From Candidatus Aegiribacteria sp. MLS_C (lineage in GTDB: Bacteria; Fermentibacterota; Fermentibacteria; Fermentibacterales; JCC-6): DNA of 64,000 bases. The notes beneath the pieces were generated by a model. It had not been told where the DNA came from. It worked only from the letters and a program-made list of their open reading frames with translations, and searched no databases. The stretch lies in NCBI GenBank assembly GCA_002030045.1, contig LQBI01000007.1, positions 10,780 through 74,779 of the forward strand. Reading direction: 5' to 3'. Shown piece by piece: positions 37,846-47,580 of the stretch. Positions within the stretch are counted from its first letter, which is position 1; each line of letters begins with the position of its first letter. The position numbers and the translations under genes are program-made.

Positions 37846-39309
37846 ATGAGATTCCCTGTAGAGACTCTGACTCTGCTGATGCTGACAGGAGCGATGGAGG
37901 CCCAGGCACCGGACACCCTGTGGACGGAGACCTTCGGAGGCAGCCTCGAGGAACACTGCTACGACTGTGTTCTAACGTCCGACGGCGGTTTCGCCATGGT
38001 CGGTTTCACAAGTTCCGCCGGGGCCGGGGAGGACGATGTCTGGCTGGTTAGGACCGACTCCTCCGGCAACATGCTATGGCAGCAGACCTACGGAGGAACC
38101 AGCGACGACCGGGGATACTCCCTCGCCCAGACATCGGACGGAGGTTTCATCCTGGGTGGATGGACCTTCAGTTTCGGCGCCGGAATGGCCGATATATGGC
38201 TCATCAAGACCGACGGGAACGGCAACCTGGAATGGGACCGGGAGTTCGGGACAACCAGCGGCTTCGAGAGGTGCTATCCCGTAATCCAGACCTCCGACGG
38301 ATCGTACGTGATTGCCGGGGAAACCGACAATAACGGCACGACTTACAGCGACATCTGGCTCCTGAAGACGGACGGCGACGGTGATATCCTGTGGGACAGC
38401 ACCTTCGGAGGCGCAAGGGACGATTTCGGTCTGGACGTCATTGAGATGGACAGCGGGGATTACGCGGTTGCCGGATGGACCTGCTACGTGAACGGGACCT
38501 GCGACCTGAAGCTCTTCACCACCGACCAGAACGGTGTCCTTGTGGACGAATCCCTGATAGGAGGTGCCGGAACAGATCAGTGCAGGGCGCTGACCCAGCT
38601 CCCGGACGGCGATCTCATGGTGGTCGGCGAGACCAACTCGACGGCGTCAGGTCTCTTCGACGCATGGCTGGTGAGGGCGGATCAGGAGTGCAACCTGGTC
38701 TGGGAGAATACATACGGGAGCGACGGGCAGGACGATTTCGGCAACGACATCTGCATACTGTCCGACGGGAACGTCGCCGTGTGCGGTCTTACCAAGCCAT
38801 CTGGCGGGATCAATGAGGACCTGTGGCTCTTCCTCACCGATACCGCGGGATCACAGCAGTGGCATACCACCTTCGGCGGTTCGGGATCCGAGACCGGCGA
38901 GGCTATTGTGGAGACCGACGACGGAGGCGTGGCCGTTGCCGGCTGCACCGGATCCTTCGGAGCCGGTTCCACCGATTTCTGGCTTCTGAGGACCGAGGGG
39001 TTCCAGTCCGTGGGACAACAGCAGGCATCTTCCGGATGCCTGCAGGTCCTCTCGGCCGCTCCGAACCCCTTCACGTGCTCCTGCAGGGTGACTGTCGGCT
39101 GTGCTGAAGCGGTTGATGCAGAGGTGTTCTCGATTGACGGAAGGCTGGTGCGCGAACTGCAAAGCGCTCCGGTAGCTCCGGGTACCTGGGAGATCCGCTG
39201 GGACGGTACGGCTCTCGGGGGAGACCCCGTTCCGCCGGGCGTGTACATCCTGAGAATGGTGACGGACGGTGGCGCAGCTTCCGTCAAGCTCTACAGAATG
39301 CTGATGTAG
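37846..39309 (+). CDS. Secreted beta-propeller repeat protein with FlgD-Ig/T9SS-like C-terminal domain
   Basis: Repeats of the form TFGG..D..QTSDGG..AG..DIWLIKTD.G; APNPF...GVYILR tail. Confidence 0.85.
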   Translation: MRFPVETLTLLMLTGAMEAQAPDTLWTETFGGSLEEHCYDCVLTSDGGFAMVGFTSSAGAGEDDVWLVRTDSSGNMLWQQTYGGTSDDRGYSLAQTSDGGFILGGWTFSFGAGMADIWLIKTDGNGNLEWDREFGTTSGFERCYPVIQTSDGSYVIAGETDNNGTTYSDIWLLKTDGDGDILWDSTFGGARDDFGLDVIEMDSGDYAVAGWTCYVNGTCDLKLFTTDQNGVLVDESLIGGAGTDQCRALTQLPDGDLMVVGETNSTASGLFDAWLVRADQECNLVWENTYGSDGQDDFGNDICILSDGNVAVCGLTKPSGGINEDLWLFLTDTAGSQQWHTTFGGSGSETGEAIVETDDGGVAVAGCTGSFGAGSTDFWLLRTEGFQSVGQQQASSGCLQVLSAAPNPFTCSCRVTVGCAEAVDAEVFSIDGRLVRELQSAPVAPGTWEIRWDGTALGGDPVPPGVYILRMVTDGGAASVKLYRMLM

Positions 39310-39330
39310 CGTCAGAACGGAGTGTGGCCG

Positions 39331-39867
39331 ATGAAGAAATGGCCGCTGTTAGCTTTCCTGCTGATTGCCCTTCCAGCAGGCGCCTCCGCCGGTACCGTGG
39401 ATGAGGTGAGGGCTTTCTACAACGAAGTGAAGGAGGATCTGGACGGGTATTACCTTACCGAGGTCGTGGTGAACCGGGACTACCTGATGTACCCGGCGCT
39501 GGGCAACTACCAGGAGACGCTAAGGTTCTACTGGAGGAGCGAGGCCGGGTTCGACAGGCTCGTTCTTGCAACATGGTCCTCCGAGTGGGCGGCGCACACT
39601 GAGTACGGCGAGGTGCTGTACCGTGTTGACGAGGTCAATGAGGGCGACCCGGAAGTGGTCGCATTCCAGTTCGTAGCCTTCGACAACTACGATGAGTACG
39701 GCGCCGAGAGCCGATGGTACTACGACGAAGGCCTCCTGGTTGAGGCCTCCGGAATCAGCCGCAGCCCCGAGGGCGAAGTACGGTTCGTCCCCGAGGCGGG
39801 CGAGGAGAGATCCTACGGCCACAACCACGAGGAACTTCTGGAGATGTTCATTTCGATACACCATTGA
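39331..39867 (+). CDS. Secreted hypothetical protein (paralogue A)
   Basis: Signal peptide; YPALGNYQETLRFYW. Confidence 0.7.
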   Translation: MKKWPLLAFLLIALPAGASAGTVDEVRAFYNEVKEDLDGYYLTEVVVNRDYLMYPALGNYQETLRFYWRSEAGFDRLVLATWSSEWAAHTEYGEVLYRVDEVNEGDPEVVAFQFVAFDNYDEYGAESRWYYDEGLLVEASGISRSPEGEVRFVPEAGEERSYGHNHEELLEMFISIHH

Positions 39868-39899
39868 TCATCTGGACAGCCCTGTCATGAGGGAGGAAC

Positions 39900-40469
39900 A
39901 TGACACCTCACGGGTTCAGAATGATGCCTGTCATCATGCTTGCGGGAACCCTGATCGCCGGCGGTGTACCGGACATACTGGATCTTTACGAACAGGTAAC
40001 TGACCGTCTCGACGACGAATACGGCATTTACAGGACCGTACTTTCCGTCAACACCGAGGATGCCATCTACCCCGCCGTCGGCCATTACCAGGAGACTGTC
40101 ACATTCCACTGGGCCTCCGAGGGCGGCTACTCATGGCCGCTGCTGGCTGTATGGACCGATGAGCAAGCCAATGCCTCGATATACGGTGAGATACTCTTCG
40201 AACACTCTTTTCCGGAGATCGAGTCAGGTCAGGACCAGGCCGTATACCAGTACGTCTTCCACCATGACTGGAACGGCGACGGAACCAGCTATACGTGGTA
40301 CTGGTCGGACGGCCTGCCTCTGCAGAGCACAGGTCTCACAGTCACTGCGGAGGGCGATACCCTGGAGTTCACGCCCGAAAGTCCCGGGAGCTACTGGTTC
40401 TGCAGAACATCGAAGTACATGCTGGAACTCTTCCGACTCATACACGGCCGGTCGGGGCCGTTGAGGTGA
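39900..40469 (+). CDS. Secreted hypothetical protein (paralogue B)
   Basis: Signal peptide; YPAVGHYQETVTFHW aligns with the preceding gene. Confidence 0.7.
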   Translation: MTPHGFRMMPVIMLAGTLIAGGVPDILDLYEQVTDRLDDEYGIYRTVLSVNTEDAIYPAVGHYQETVTFHWASEGGYSWPLLAVWTDEQANASIYGEILFEHSFPEIESGQDQAVYQYVFHHDWNGDGTSYTWYWSDGLPLQSTGLTVTAEGDTLEFTPESPGSYWFCRTSKYMLELFRLIHGRSGPLR

Positions 40470-40529
40470 GGAATATATCCCGGTAACAGGTGTATCACAG
40501 CAGGCATTTCAATGTGGAAGGAGTGCGAT

Positions 40530-41258
40530 ATGAGGTACCTGTGCGGAGTATTGCTCATGGCGGCCCTGGCGCTTGCCACCGGGGGTTGCGGGAAGGAAGA
40601 GGCCGAGTACTACGGCACCGTGAGCGTAACCGGCAGCGGCGCAGCCTACGGTGAGGCGGATGTCGCGTCCATAGTCTTCGGTGTGGACATCATCGAGGAA
40701 GATCCCGGAGTTGCCGTCGACAGGGCGGCGGAACTGATGGACCGGGCATTCGCCGCAGCACTTGAGCAGGGCGTGGCCGAGGAGGATATGAAGACCACTT
40801 CCTACAGCCTCTGGGCGGAGGAGCAGTACGACTACGCCACCTATGTGTACAGCGGTGACGTGAACTACCATGTGACCCACTACGCTCAGGTCGAAGTGAG
40901 GGATCTCGAACGGGTCGGAGAGGTTCTCTCCGAGCTGGTGAATTCTGGGTCGAACACGATTCAGAGCGTCAGCTTCAGGGTGGAAGACAGCCGGTCCCTG
41001 GTGGAGGACGCCAGGTCGTCGGCTATGGAGAACGCGAGGACTAAGGCCGAGCAGCTGGCTGCCGAGCTTGGTATGGAAGTGGGGGAAGCCACCTACGTGA
41101 GTGAGTACATGGACTATTACTATCCCATGTCAGGAGCGGCGGATTTCACTACCGTCAGCAGGGGCGAGACGGCTCCTTCGATATCCGCTGGAGCGCAGAG
41201 CGTATCCCTCAGCGTCCAGGTTACCTTCGAGCTGAAGCAGCCCCCGGGATCTCTGTAA
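40530..41258 (+). CDS. SIMPL (DUF541) domain lipoprotein
   Basis: Lipobox TGGC; VSVTGSG, ARTKAEQLA and VQVTFEL. Confidence 0.85.
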   Translation: MRYLCGVLLMAALALATGGCGKEEAEYYGTVSVTGSGAAYGEADVASIVFGVDIIEEDPGVAVDRAAELMDRAFAAALEQGVAEEDMKTTSYSLWAEEQYDYATYVYSGDVNYHVTHYAQVEVRDLERVGEVLSELVNSGSNTIQSVSFRVEDSRSLVEDARSSAMENARTKAEQLAAELGMEVGEATYVSEYMDYYYPMSGAADFTTVSRGETAPSISAGAQSVSLSVQVTFELKQPPGSL

Positions 41259-41317
41259 AGAGTATATTCCTCCGTTTCGAACAGACCTTTGCAGGAATTG
41301 GATCGGAGGAAAACCAC

Positions 41318-41608
41318 ATGTCGAACTCCTGGGATGGTGTCCTGGAGACTGAGGAGTACAGGACGACCCTGGCCAGGGCCGAGGCCCTGGCCTCCGACAA
41401 CTTATGGATACTGAACCCTGACAACGAGCGGGTCGAGAAGGTGGTCGGTCTCATGACAATGAACTACACCGGAACCGGCGAGTACTACTGCCCCTGCAAA
41501 CAGAGCCACCCGCTCGACCCGGAGAGGGACACGGTCTGTCCATGCCCGGAACTCCGCCAGGAGATACGCGATACGGGACACTGCTTCTGCCGGCTCTTCT
41601 ACCGCTGA
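41318..41608 (+). CDS. Ferredoxin-thioredoxin reductase catalytic subunit-like protein
   Basis: YCPC...VCPC...GHCFCRLF Cys pattern. Confidence 0.85.
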   Translation: MSNSWDGVLETEEYRTTLARAEALASDNLWILNPDNERVEKVVGLMTMNYTGTGEYYCPCKQSHPLDPERDTVCPCPELRQEIRDTGHCFCRLFYR

Positions 41609-41734
41609 TGTCCCATTTTCGTGCCGGGCCTGGATAATGGGACATTATCAAATAATCTCAGCCTCAGATTGGGTTTCTGTCCGTAACTGGTTTTCGATGT
41701 CACTTTTTCCAGGCCCGGCACCAGAATGGGACAT
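41608..41734. repeat. Inverted doublet of a 38-bp REP-like palindromic element
   Basis: 41608-41645 and 41697-41734 are inverted copies, each bounded by ATGTCCCATT/AATGGGACAT-type inverted repeats. Confidence 0.75.
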
Positions 41735-41743
41735 TTTTCAGGG

Positions 41744-41771
41744 TTGTCAATTTATTAGGTGGGCGTATATT
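41744..41771 (+). promoter_or_regulatory. Sigma70-type promoter TTGTCA-N16-TATATT
   Basis: Same architecture as the RRM promoters. Confidence 0.5.
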
Positions 41772-41775
41772 CCTT

Positions 41776-41995
41776 GCCGAAGCTGCTGCTTCAAATCCAG
41801 CAACTCCAACGCCGATCCTCAGGTCGGCACAGACGAAAGGAGGTACAATGAGCAATTTGCGTAACCGGCAGGGGTGTCGGGCTACCTAGCCTCCTTAGCT
41901 CTTCACACTACATCTTAGCAGGACGGCAGGGGTAACCGCGCAGCGCCTGAGTCGCGTTGTACCCAGGGTATGGGTGCCCCTGCCGGTTTCTTATT
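41776..41995 (+). ncRNA. Candidate structured RNA or leader containing a 13-codon ORF
   Basis: AACCGGCAGGGG (41863) pairs with CCCCTGCCGGTT (41977-41988) and closes two internal hairpins; T-rich tail. Confidence 0.4.
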
Positions 41996-42074
41996 AAAGG
42001 GTTGTATGAGTGTACATAAAGCCTGCATATCGCCCTTCTGACGGGCGGGGCTCGGTGGTCAGCATGGAGGGTTT

Positions 42075-45017
42075 ATGGAAGAGATACTTTATCGCGAACT
42101 TCGGGATTTGGACATCGACGGGGTCACTCGAATGTGGCGGGAGAGCCTGGATGGCTGGCCGCCGGGATTCTTCGGCGGGTCCGGAATAACAGCAGAGACT
42201 GTGCGCAGGGAGGAGAGGAGTTCGAACAAGCTCTTCACAATCCTCGCGCTGTTCGGCGACAGGGTCGTGGGATACTGCCTGGTGAGCCCCTACGGCGGTG
42301 AGCCGGATGCCTCCTACGTGAACCTGGTAAACGTGGTGCCCGACATGCACGGAAGGGGCATAGGCAAGGCCCTTCTACTTGACGCTGTGGCTCGATCGTC
42401 CGAGCTGGGCCTTTACAGGATTGACCTGCATACCTGGCCGGCCAACATGAAGGCGGTCCCGCTCTACAAGAAGACCGGTTTCTTCTGGGTACCGGACACC
42501 AGCGTTTATATGCAGAACTACATGCCTTTTCTCCTGGGAATGAACGAGTTCAGGGATTTCCTGGAAGGTGAGGACTGGTACAGTTGCCTGCGCAGGGAGC
42601 TTACTGAGGAGCAGGATCGGCAGCGTACCGATTCCGGAAGGGATGTCTTCACCTACTGGTTCAGGATGGGCGACCGGGAGTTCCTGGCCGAGTTCGACAG
42701 GAGCGGCAGGATACTGTCCAGACTGGAGTACCCCGGTTTAAGGGCCTGCATCGAGGTGGACGACGGAAGGGACTACTTCGTCGGCCGCCAGTACACCGTG
42801 GAAATATCGGGCCATGGTTTCGACACCGCTGGCGTGGAAGTGGAATACAGCCATTCCATACGCTGCAGCGGGATCCGTGACGGAAGGCTGAACATGGAGC
42901 CCCTTGCCGTCAGGGTCGAGAAGAGCCCCTACGAGATCGCTGACAGGCTCAGGGTGGAACTCCCGGACGGACTTCCCGCGCTGGGTCTGGGAGTATGCGG
43001 TTCCGAGGAGGTCAGGCTCGCATCTCCACCGTTCCTCTACCTGGCTCCGGGCAGCAGTGAAGTATCCTTCGAACTCAGGAAGCTTTCAGGCAGGACCTCC
43101 GTCATCCTCAGCTGGTCGGTGGAGGGAAGGTCCGGGCAGCATGAGCTGGATCTGTCGGCCGATACCTACCAGAGCTTCACTCTACAGCTGCCGGAACTCT
43201 GTCGCGGAGTGCACCTGATGACCCTTCGTCTCGGGGAGTCCTCCCATTCGGAGACCGTGGTGCTGATAGTGGGTTCCCACACCGGTCCTCCCGAAACGGT
43301 TGACACCAGGGGCAGCGCCCTGGTCCTGGGAGGGGACATGGTTCTCTCCTTCAACAGGAAGGGTGGCAGAACCAGTGTCTGGGTACCCGGCGCAGGTGGA
43401 AAGCCCGAGAGACTGGGAAGCTTCTTCATCTGTGCCGGTCCACCGGTCTCGTGGAACTCCGATCTTCCCCGGCAGACCTATGAGCTAGAACTCGGAGAGG
43501 GCCAGGTCACCGGAAGCGCCTCATGGCCCTCAAGACCGGGGATGACTCACTTCGTGAACGTGAGGCTTGACCGGGAGGGATTCATCGAGACCTGCTCGCG
43601 GGTTCACAACGGATCGACGGAGCCCAGGACGGCCATGTTCAGCGCCGACAGCGGCTGGGCAGAGTGCTTCGAGCCCAGGACGGACCTCCTTCCCATGCCC
43701 GACGGGCTGATGGCTGAGCAGAGAGTGTACAATCAGGTGCCCGACTGGGCCGAGGACCTTACATCCTCCACTTCCGGACTGGCGGCCCCCTGGACTGGTG
43801 TCACCGGGGGGTGCGGTTCGGCCATGAATTACTTCCCCGGCTGGACGGAGCTGGAACACGACATGCCCGGCACCGGGCAGGAGACCATCCCTCAGGGGGG
43901 ATCCCTCGTTTCTCCGCCTTTCATGATACTGTTTTCGAAGGGCGGTGTGAAGCATCTCCTGGCCAGGGCCGGGAACCTCGGCTGGAAGACCGGCGGATGG
44001 GACCGCAGGATACCCTTCTTCCGGCACGATCTCGAGCCGGTCATGGGGTCGGGAGCCGAGTTCACGCTGGGCCATCCGCTCCACGGCGGGAGGACCGGAT
44101 CCCTGGAGATCGACGGTGAGAGGAAAGCCGGCGGCGAGGTAAGGACGGGCCACGGGCTGTCGGCGAAACTCGAGGGGAAGGGTCGCGTCAGGGTCGGACT
44201 CTCGCTGGCCGGAAGGTCCATGGAGTACCCCGTGTTCCTCGTTCAGAAGAATTCCTCGGTTGATAGAGCCGGAGAACCCCCGGGCGAGCTGCTGCTGACG
44301 AATGACAGGGTCAGGGCGGTCATCGATCCCCGGGCCTGCGGACAGGTCCATTCGCTGGAGATGGACGGGACCGAGTACCTGTTCTCGTCGCATCCGGTAC
44401 CCTCGGAGTTCTGCTGGGAGAAACCATGGTTCGGCGGTATCGTACCCAGGGTCTCCGGTACCAGGGGTCACCCATACCCGCTTCAGGATTCGGTTCCCTT
44501 GGTCGAGGAATACACCAGGGAACATGCCGGTCTGAGCGAAAGGGGGTGGAGGATGTCCTGGCGCATCGACAGGCGGCATTACGGCTCGCTGTCGCTCACC
44601 TGGACCGTCAGTCTGTTCCCCTCGGTGCCTCTGCTCAGGACACTGCTTGAACTGGATGCGACGGCGGGTGCCTTCCATCCAGGCGAGCTTGACTTCCGTG
44701 GATTCCTGGCCCCCGGCGGCAGCCGTGACGGTGCACTTCTGACCTGTGACAGTTTTCCCGCCCTTGTCCAGGGAAGGGACCATGCGGGAGCCTGGACGGA
44801 CATGGGGAAGTGGGCCCGGGTGGCCAGGGGGAACGCTTTCGTAGAGGGATACTCCCTGGGAGAAGGCGTCTTCTTCTGTGAGGACTATGGCAGGCATGGA
44901 TGCCACCTATCCGTGATCGGGACCCACGACAGACCCAGGAGGATGGAGATGCTCTGGCTGTTCGGTTCAGTGCGGGAGGATGACGATCTGGCCCGGATCG
45001 TCAGGGCCCACAGATAG
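42075..45017 (+). CDS. Large protein with N-terminal GNAT acetyltransferase domain
   Basis: VNVVPDMHGRGIGKALL and NMKAVPLYKKTGF; remainder unassigned. Confidence 0.75.
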   Translation: MEEILYRELRDLDIDGVTRMWRESLDGWPPGFFGGSGITAETVRREERSSNKLFTILALFGDRVVGYCLVSPYGGEPDASYVNLVNVVPDMHGRGIGKALLLDAVARSSELGLYRIDLHTWPANMKAVPLYKKTGFFWVPDTSVYMQNYMPFLLGMNEFRDFLEGEDWYSCLRRELTEEQDRQRTDSGRDVFTYWFRMGDREFLAEFDRSGRILSRLEYPGLRACIEVDDGRDYFVGRQYTVEISGHGFDTAGVEVEYSHSIRCSGIRDGRLNMEPLAVRVEKSPYEIADRLRVELPDGLPALGLGVCGSEEVRLASPPFLYLAPGSSEVSFELRKLSGRTSVILSWSVEGRSGQHELDLSADTYQSFTLQLPELCRGVHLMTLRLGESSHSETVVLIVGSHTGPPETVDTRGSALVLGGDMVLSFNRKGGRTSVWVPGAGGKPERLGSFFICAGPPVSWNSDLPRQTYELELGEGQVTGSASWPSRPGMTHFVNVRLDREGFIETCSRVHNGSTEPRTAMFSADSGWAECFEPRTDLLPMPDGLMAEQRVYNQVPDWAEDLTSSTSGLAAPWTGVTGGCGSAMNYFPGWTELEHDMPGTGQETIPQGGSLVSPPFMILFSKGGVKHLLARAGNLGWKTGGWDRRIPFFRHDLEPVMGSGAEFTLGHPLHGGRTGSLEIDGERKAGGEVRTGHGLSAKLEGKGRVRVGLSLAGRSMEYPVFLVQKNSSVDRAGEPPGELLLTNDRVRAVIDPRACGQVHSLEMDGTEYLFSSHPVPSEFCWEKPWFGGIVPRVSGTRGHPYPLQDSVPLVEEYTREHAGLSERGWRMSWRIDRRHYGSLSLTWTVSLFPSVPLLRTLLELDATAGAFHPGELDFRGFLAPGGSRDGALLTCDSFPALVQGRDHAGAWTDMGKWARVARGNAFVEGYSLGEGVFFCEDYGRHGCHLSVIGTHDRPRRMEMLWLFGSVREDDDLARIVRAHR

Positions 45018-45130
45018 AATGACGGGACGCGGCATCAAAAAGGCTGTGTCCCGTTTCAGCGGGTTTTCATGAGGGCATTCGAAGGCTATCGGGCATTCTC
45101 CCGACCTGAAGCCACTGATCCGGTAACGGA

Positions 45131-46042
45131 CTACGGACAGAACCTGCACGCTGCGAAGCTCCTGGAATCCTTGGCCTCCCTCCAGCCTGAGGCCCTCCGC
45201 CATGCTTCCTCTGAAGGTCTGTCCTCCCTCGGTCCGTCACCTGTCAGGAAAGGGCACGGAAGCAATGTGCCTCCAGCCGTGAGGAAAACGCAGCCGGCAA
45301 GGGGACATCCCCTGGGTTCACGGACGAGTACCGGCCGGCCTTCAGGTGAGAGCGTGTAAGGAGAGGATGGATGTCCAAGCGCCAGGTTCTCAACCCTGCC
45401 GATCGATTGACCCTCCGGATCGTATCGGCCGAAGACGACCTGTCTTCTCTTCCAGCCATTGAGTACAGCCAGTTCCTCGAATGCTTCTCCATCCCTCTCG
45501 GATGATTTCCACAGCGTAAGAACGACCTCCACCATGGCTGGGGAGCGCCTGCGGAGGGTGTCGATGGCATCCATTACATCATCGAAGCTGTCTCTGTCCC
45601 TCAGCGGCTTCCATGACGCCTCCGTAGCCGCCGGGATCGACACTATCCATCTGTCGACTTTCATCCCGGCGATCCCGCCTGTCAATCCCAGACCTATCGT
45701 GCTTATGGACGTCATCATGCACCGTTCCGCGGCTGCGGCCACCAGTTCCTGCAGCAGCGGGGATGCCAGTGGATCTGAATGTCTTCCCGTGAAATGCACC
45801 GTAACAGGTTTCGAAGGAGCCGAATCCAGCCATTCCTCAAGGAGGGTGGGCGCCATTACCGCCGGTACCTCAGGCCTGACGCAGCCGGTACAATGCCCGG
45901 TACAGCCCTGGGTGGGTTCAACCATTATCCCCCTGGGCATGCCTTTCACTCTGCAACCTGTGGCGGTGATGAGGAGTTTGAGGGGCCAGATCGGTCCCCT
46001 CCTCTTCAGGACCGTCAGGGCGGTAGCGGCGGTTCTCAGCAT
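45131..46042 (-). CDS. Divergent radical SAM protein with SPASM/twitch-like C-terminus
   Basis: EPTQGCTGHCTGC (CxxxCxxC); GCP...G.LLPCP...CRFCP; start uncertain. Confidence 0.65.
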   Translation of the reverse strand: MLRTAATALTVLKRRGPIWPLKLLITATGCRVKGMPRGIMVEPTQGCTGHCTGCVRPEVPAVMAPTLLEEWLDSAPSKPVTVHFTGRHSDPLASPLLQELVAAAAERCMMTSISTIGLGLTGGIAGMKVDRWIVSIPAATEASWKPLRDRDSFDDVMDAIDTLRRRSPAMVEVVLTLWKSSERDGEAFEELAVLNGWKRRQVVFGRYDPEGQSIGRVENLALGHPSSPYTLSPEGRPVLVREPRGCPLAGCVFLTAGGTLLPCPFLTGDGPREDRPSEEAWRRASGWREAKDSRSFAACRFCP

Positions 46043-46172
46043 CCTCTGCCTTTCCACGGGGGACTTGGTTCGGGAATGTATTGATAACATGCCTCTGGTT
46101 CCCTGAACAGTAGCTTCCATTCGCTCAGGAAGGCTTATACGTTTCGCATCACTTGCATGGAGGGGAGTCGTT

Positions 46173-46723
46173 GTGGCTGGATGCAAGTGGATGATCCTCG
46201 CGCCTCTGTTCCTGGTTATCATCACCGCCTGCGGAGATGGCGGGGATGCCGAACTGTCGGCGTCCCCAGCTTCCGAGGATATCAGGATCCCCTTGATCGT
46301 GGATCCCATCGGTTTCGCCCTCCTCGGCGACGGCGGGATATGCGTCATCGATCCCTGGAGGGGCGGATTCCTCACCTGGAACGCCGACCATTCGTCCCAG
46401 GTCTCGGGGTTGAGTGCACAGACAACACCCCTGCTCTCTGCCGGGGACTTGACGATTCCGGGTTCGTCGCCGGACAGGCGGGTTACGTGAACGTCTACGG
46501 GGTCATCAGGGCGCATGTCCGAATGCTCAGGTACGATCTTCGGCGGGAACCTTCGCATGTCTGCATTGAGACAGGTGAAATCATCATACCAGATGGTTCA
46601 GAAGCCGCCCGCCTTCCCGTCCGGTTCCACCACCGGCAGTCCAGTCTCGCCTCGTTCCAGCTGGGTGCTGTCCTGCCATTGCCAAGGAAGACTACCCTGA
46701 GGAAGTTCCGTATCGTCCTGTAG
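46173..46723 (+). pseudogene. Possible frameshifted or truncated lipoprotein gene
   Basis: Lipobox ITAC; ORF ends at 46490 and protein-like sequence continues in another frame. Confidence 0.3.
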
Positions 46724-46851
46724 TCGTCCTCCTCCGGGAAGGGTCTGCCCGGAGCTCCACTTCGACACCTCCGTTCACAGGGTCATCAGTATTATAATCC
46801 TGCAGGTCAGAGCTGCTGTTCCGGGACCTGTTCAACCGGGGGGATGCTTGC

Positions 46852-47265
46852 ATGAAGCTTTTGCCGGTCGCAACGACCGTTCTGGTGTCGATTCTCCTGA
46901 TATCCTGCGGTAGAAGGATACTTCCGTCCCATGAGCTGGTCCTTGACAGGGTTGATTCCCTGGAAACCGGTTTCTCTGGAGGTGTGCTCAGTATCGGTAT
47001 ACAGAGCAGTTTCGGTATCGGTTCCTGTATCCTGGAGTTCTCCGGGGAGGTTGCAGCGGATTCGCTGAGGGTGAGCCTGGAGTACGGAGAAGGGCTTGGG
47101 TATTCCATGTGCGAATACCTGGATGTCGTCGCCGGCAGTGGGACGTGTGATGCCGATACCCTCTTCAACGGTTCGGTCAGACTGGAGGCAGGATCGATGA
47201 CGCTGCCTCTTGAGGGACCGGTGGATTCGGTATCGGTGACCTGGATAGATTACTACCGGTCCTGA
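46852..47265 (+). CDS. Hypothetical lipoprotein
   Basis: Lipobox LISC; C-terminal WIDYYR. Confidence 0.65.
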   Translation: MKLLPVATTVLVSILLISCGRRILPSHELVLDRVDSLETGFSGGVLSIGIQSSFGIGSCILEFSGEVAADSLRVSLEYGEGLGYSMCEYLDVVAGSGTCDADTLFNGSVRLEAGSMTLPLEGPVDSVSVTWIDYYRS

Positions 47266-47580
47266 GCCGTCCGGAGGACTGCCCGCCCCGCCGGGTTTGC
47301 CGGTTCCTGCCGGTCATCCTTTGAATACCCGCAGACGCATTCTGAAGAAGGGTCCGAAGAACTGCCGGAAAGGATCATCTGAATATACCGGTCTGCTTTC
47401 TCGTCGTGCCGAAGAGCTTCCCGGGTTCCATGGAGCTTTCTTGCAGCAGGCCGACAGGGTCTGAACGAACGTCGGGAACGTTGCTGGAGGGTCTTACCCT
47501 TGACAGCCCCTACCGTAGAGTCCTGCGGGCGTCGAGCCATTTCAGGTCATGGACTGATCATCGGGAGGGGAGAGTGACAA

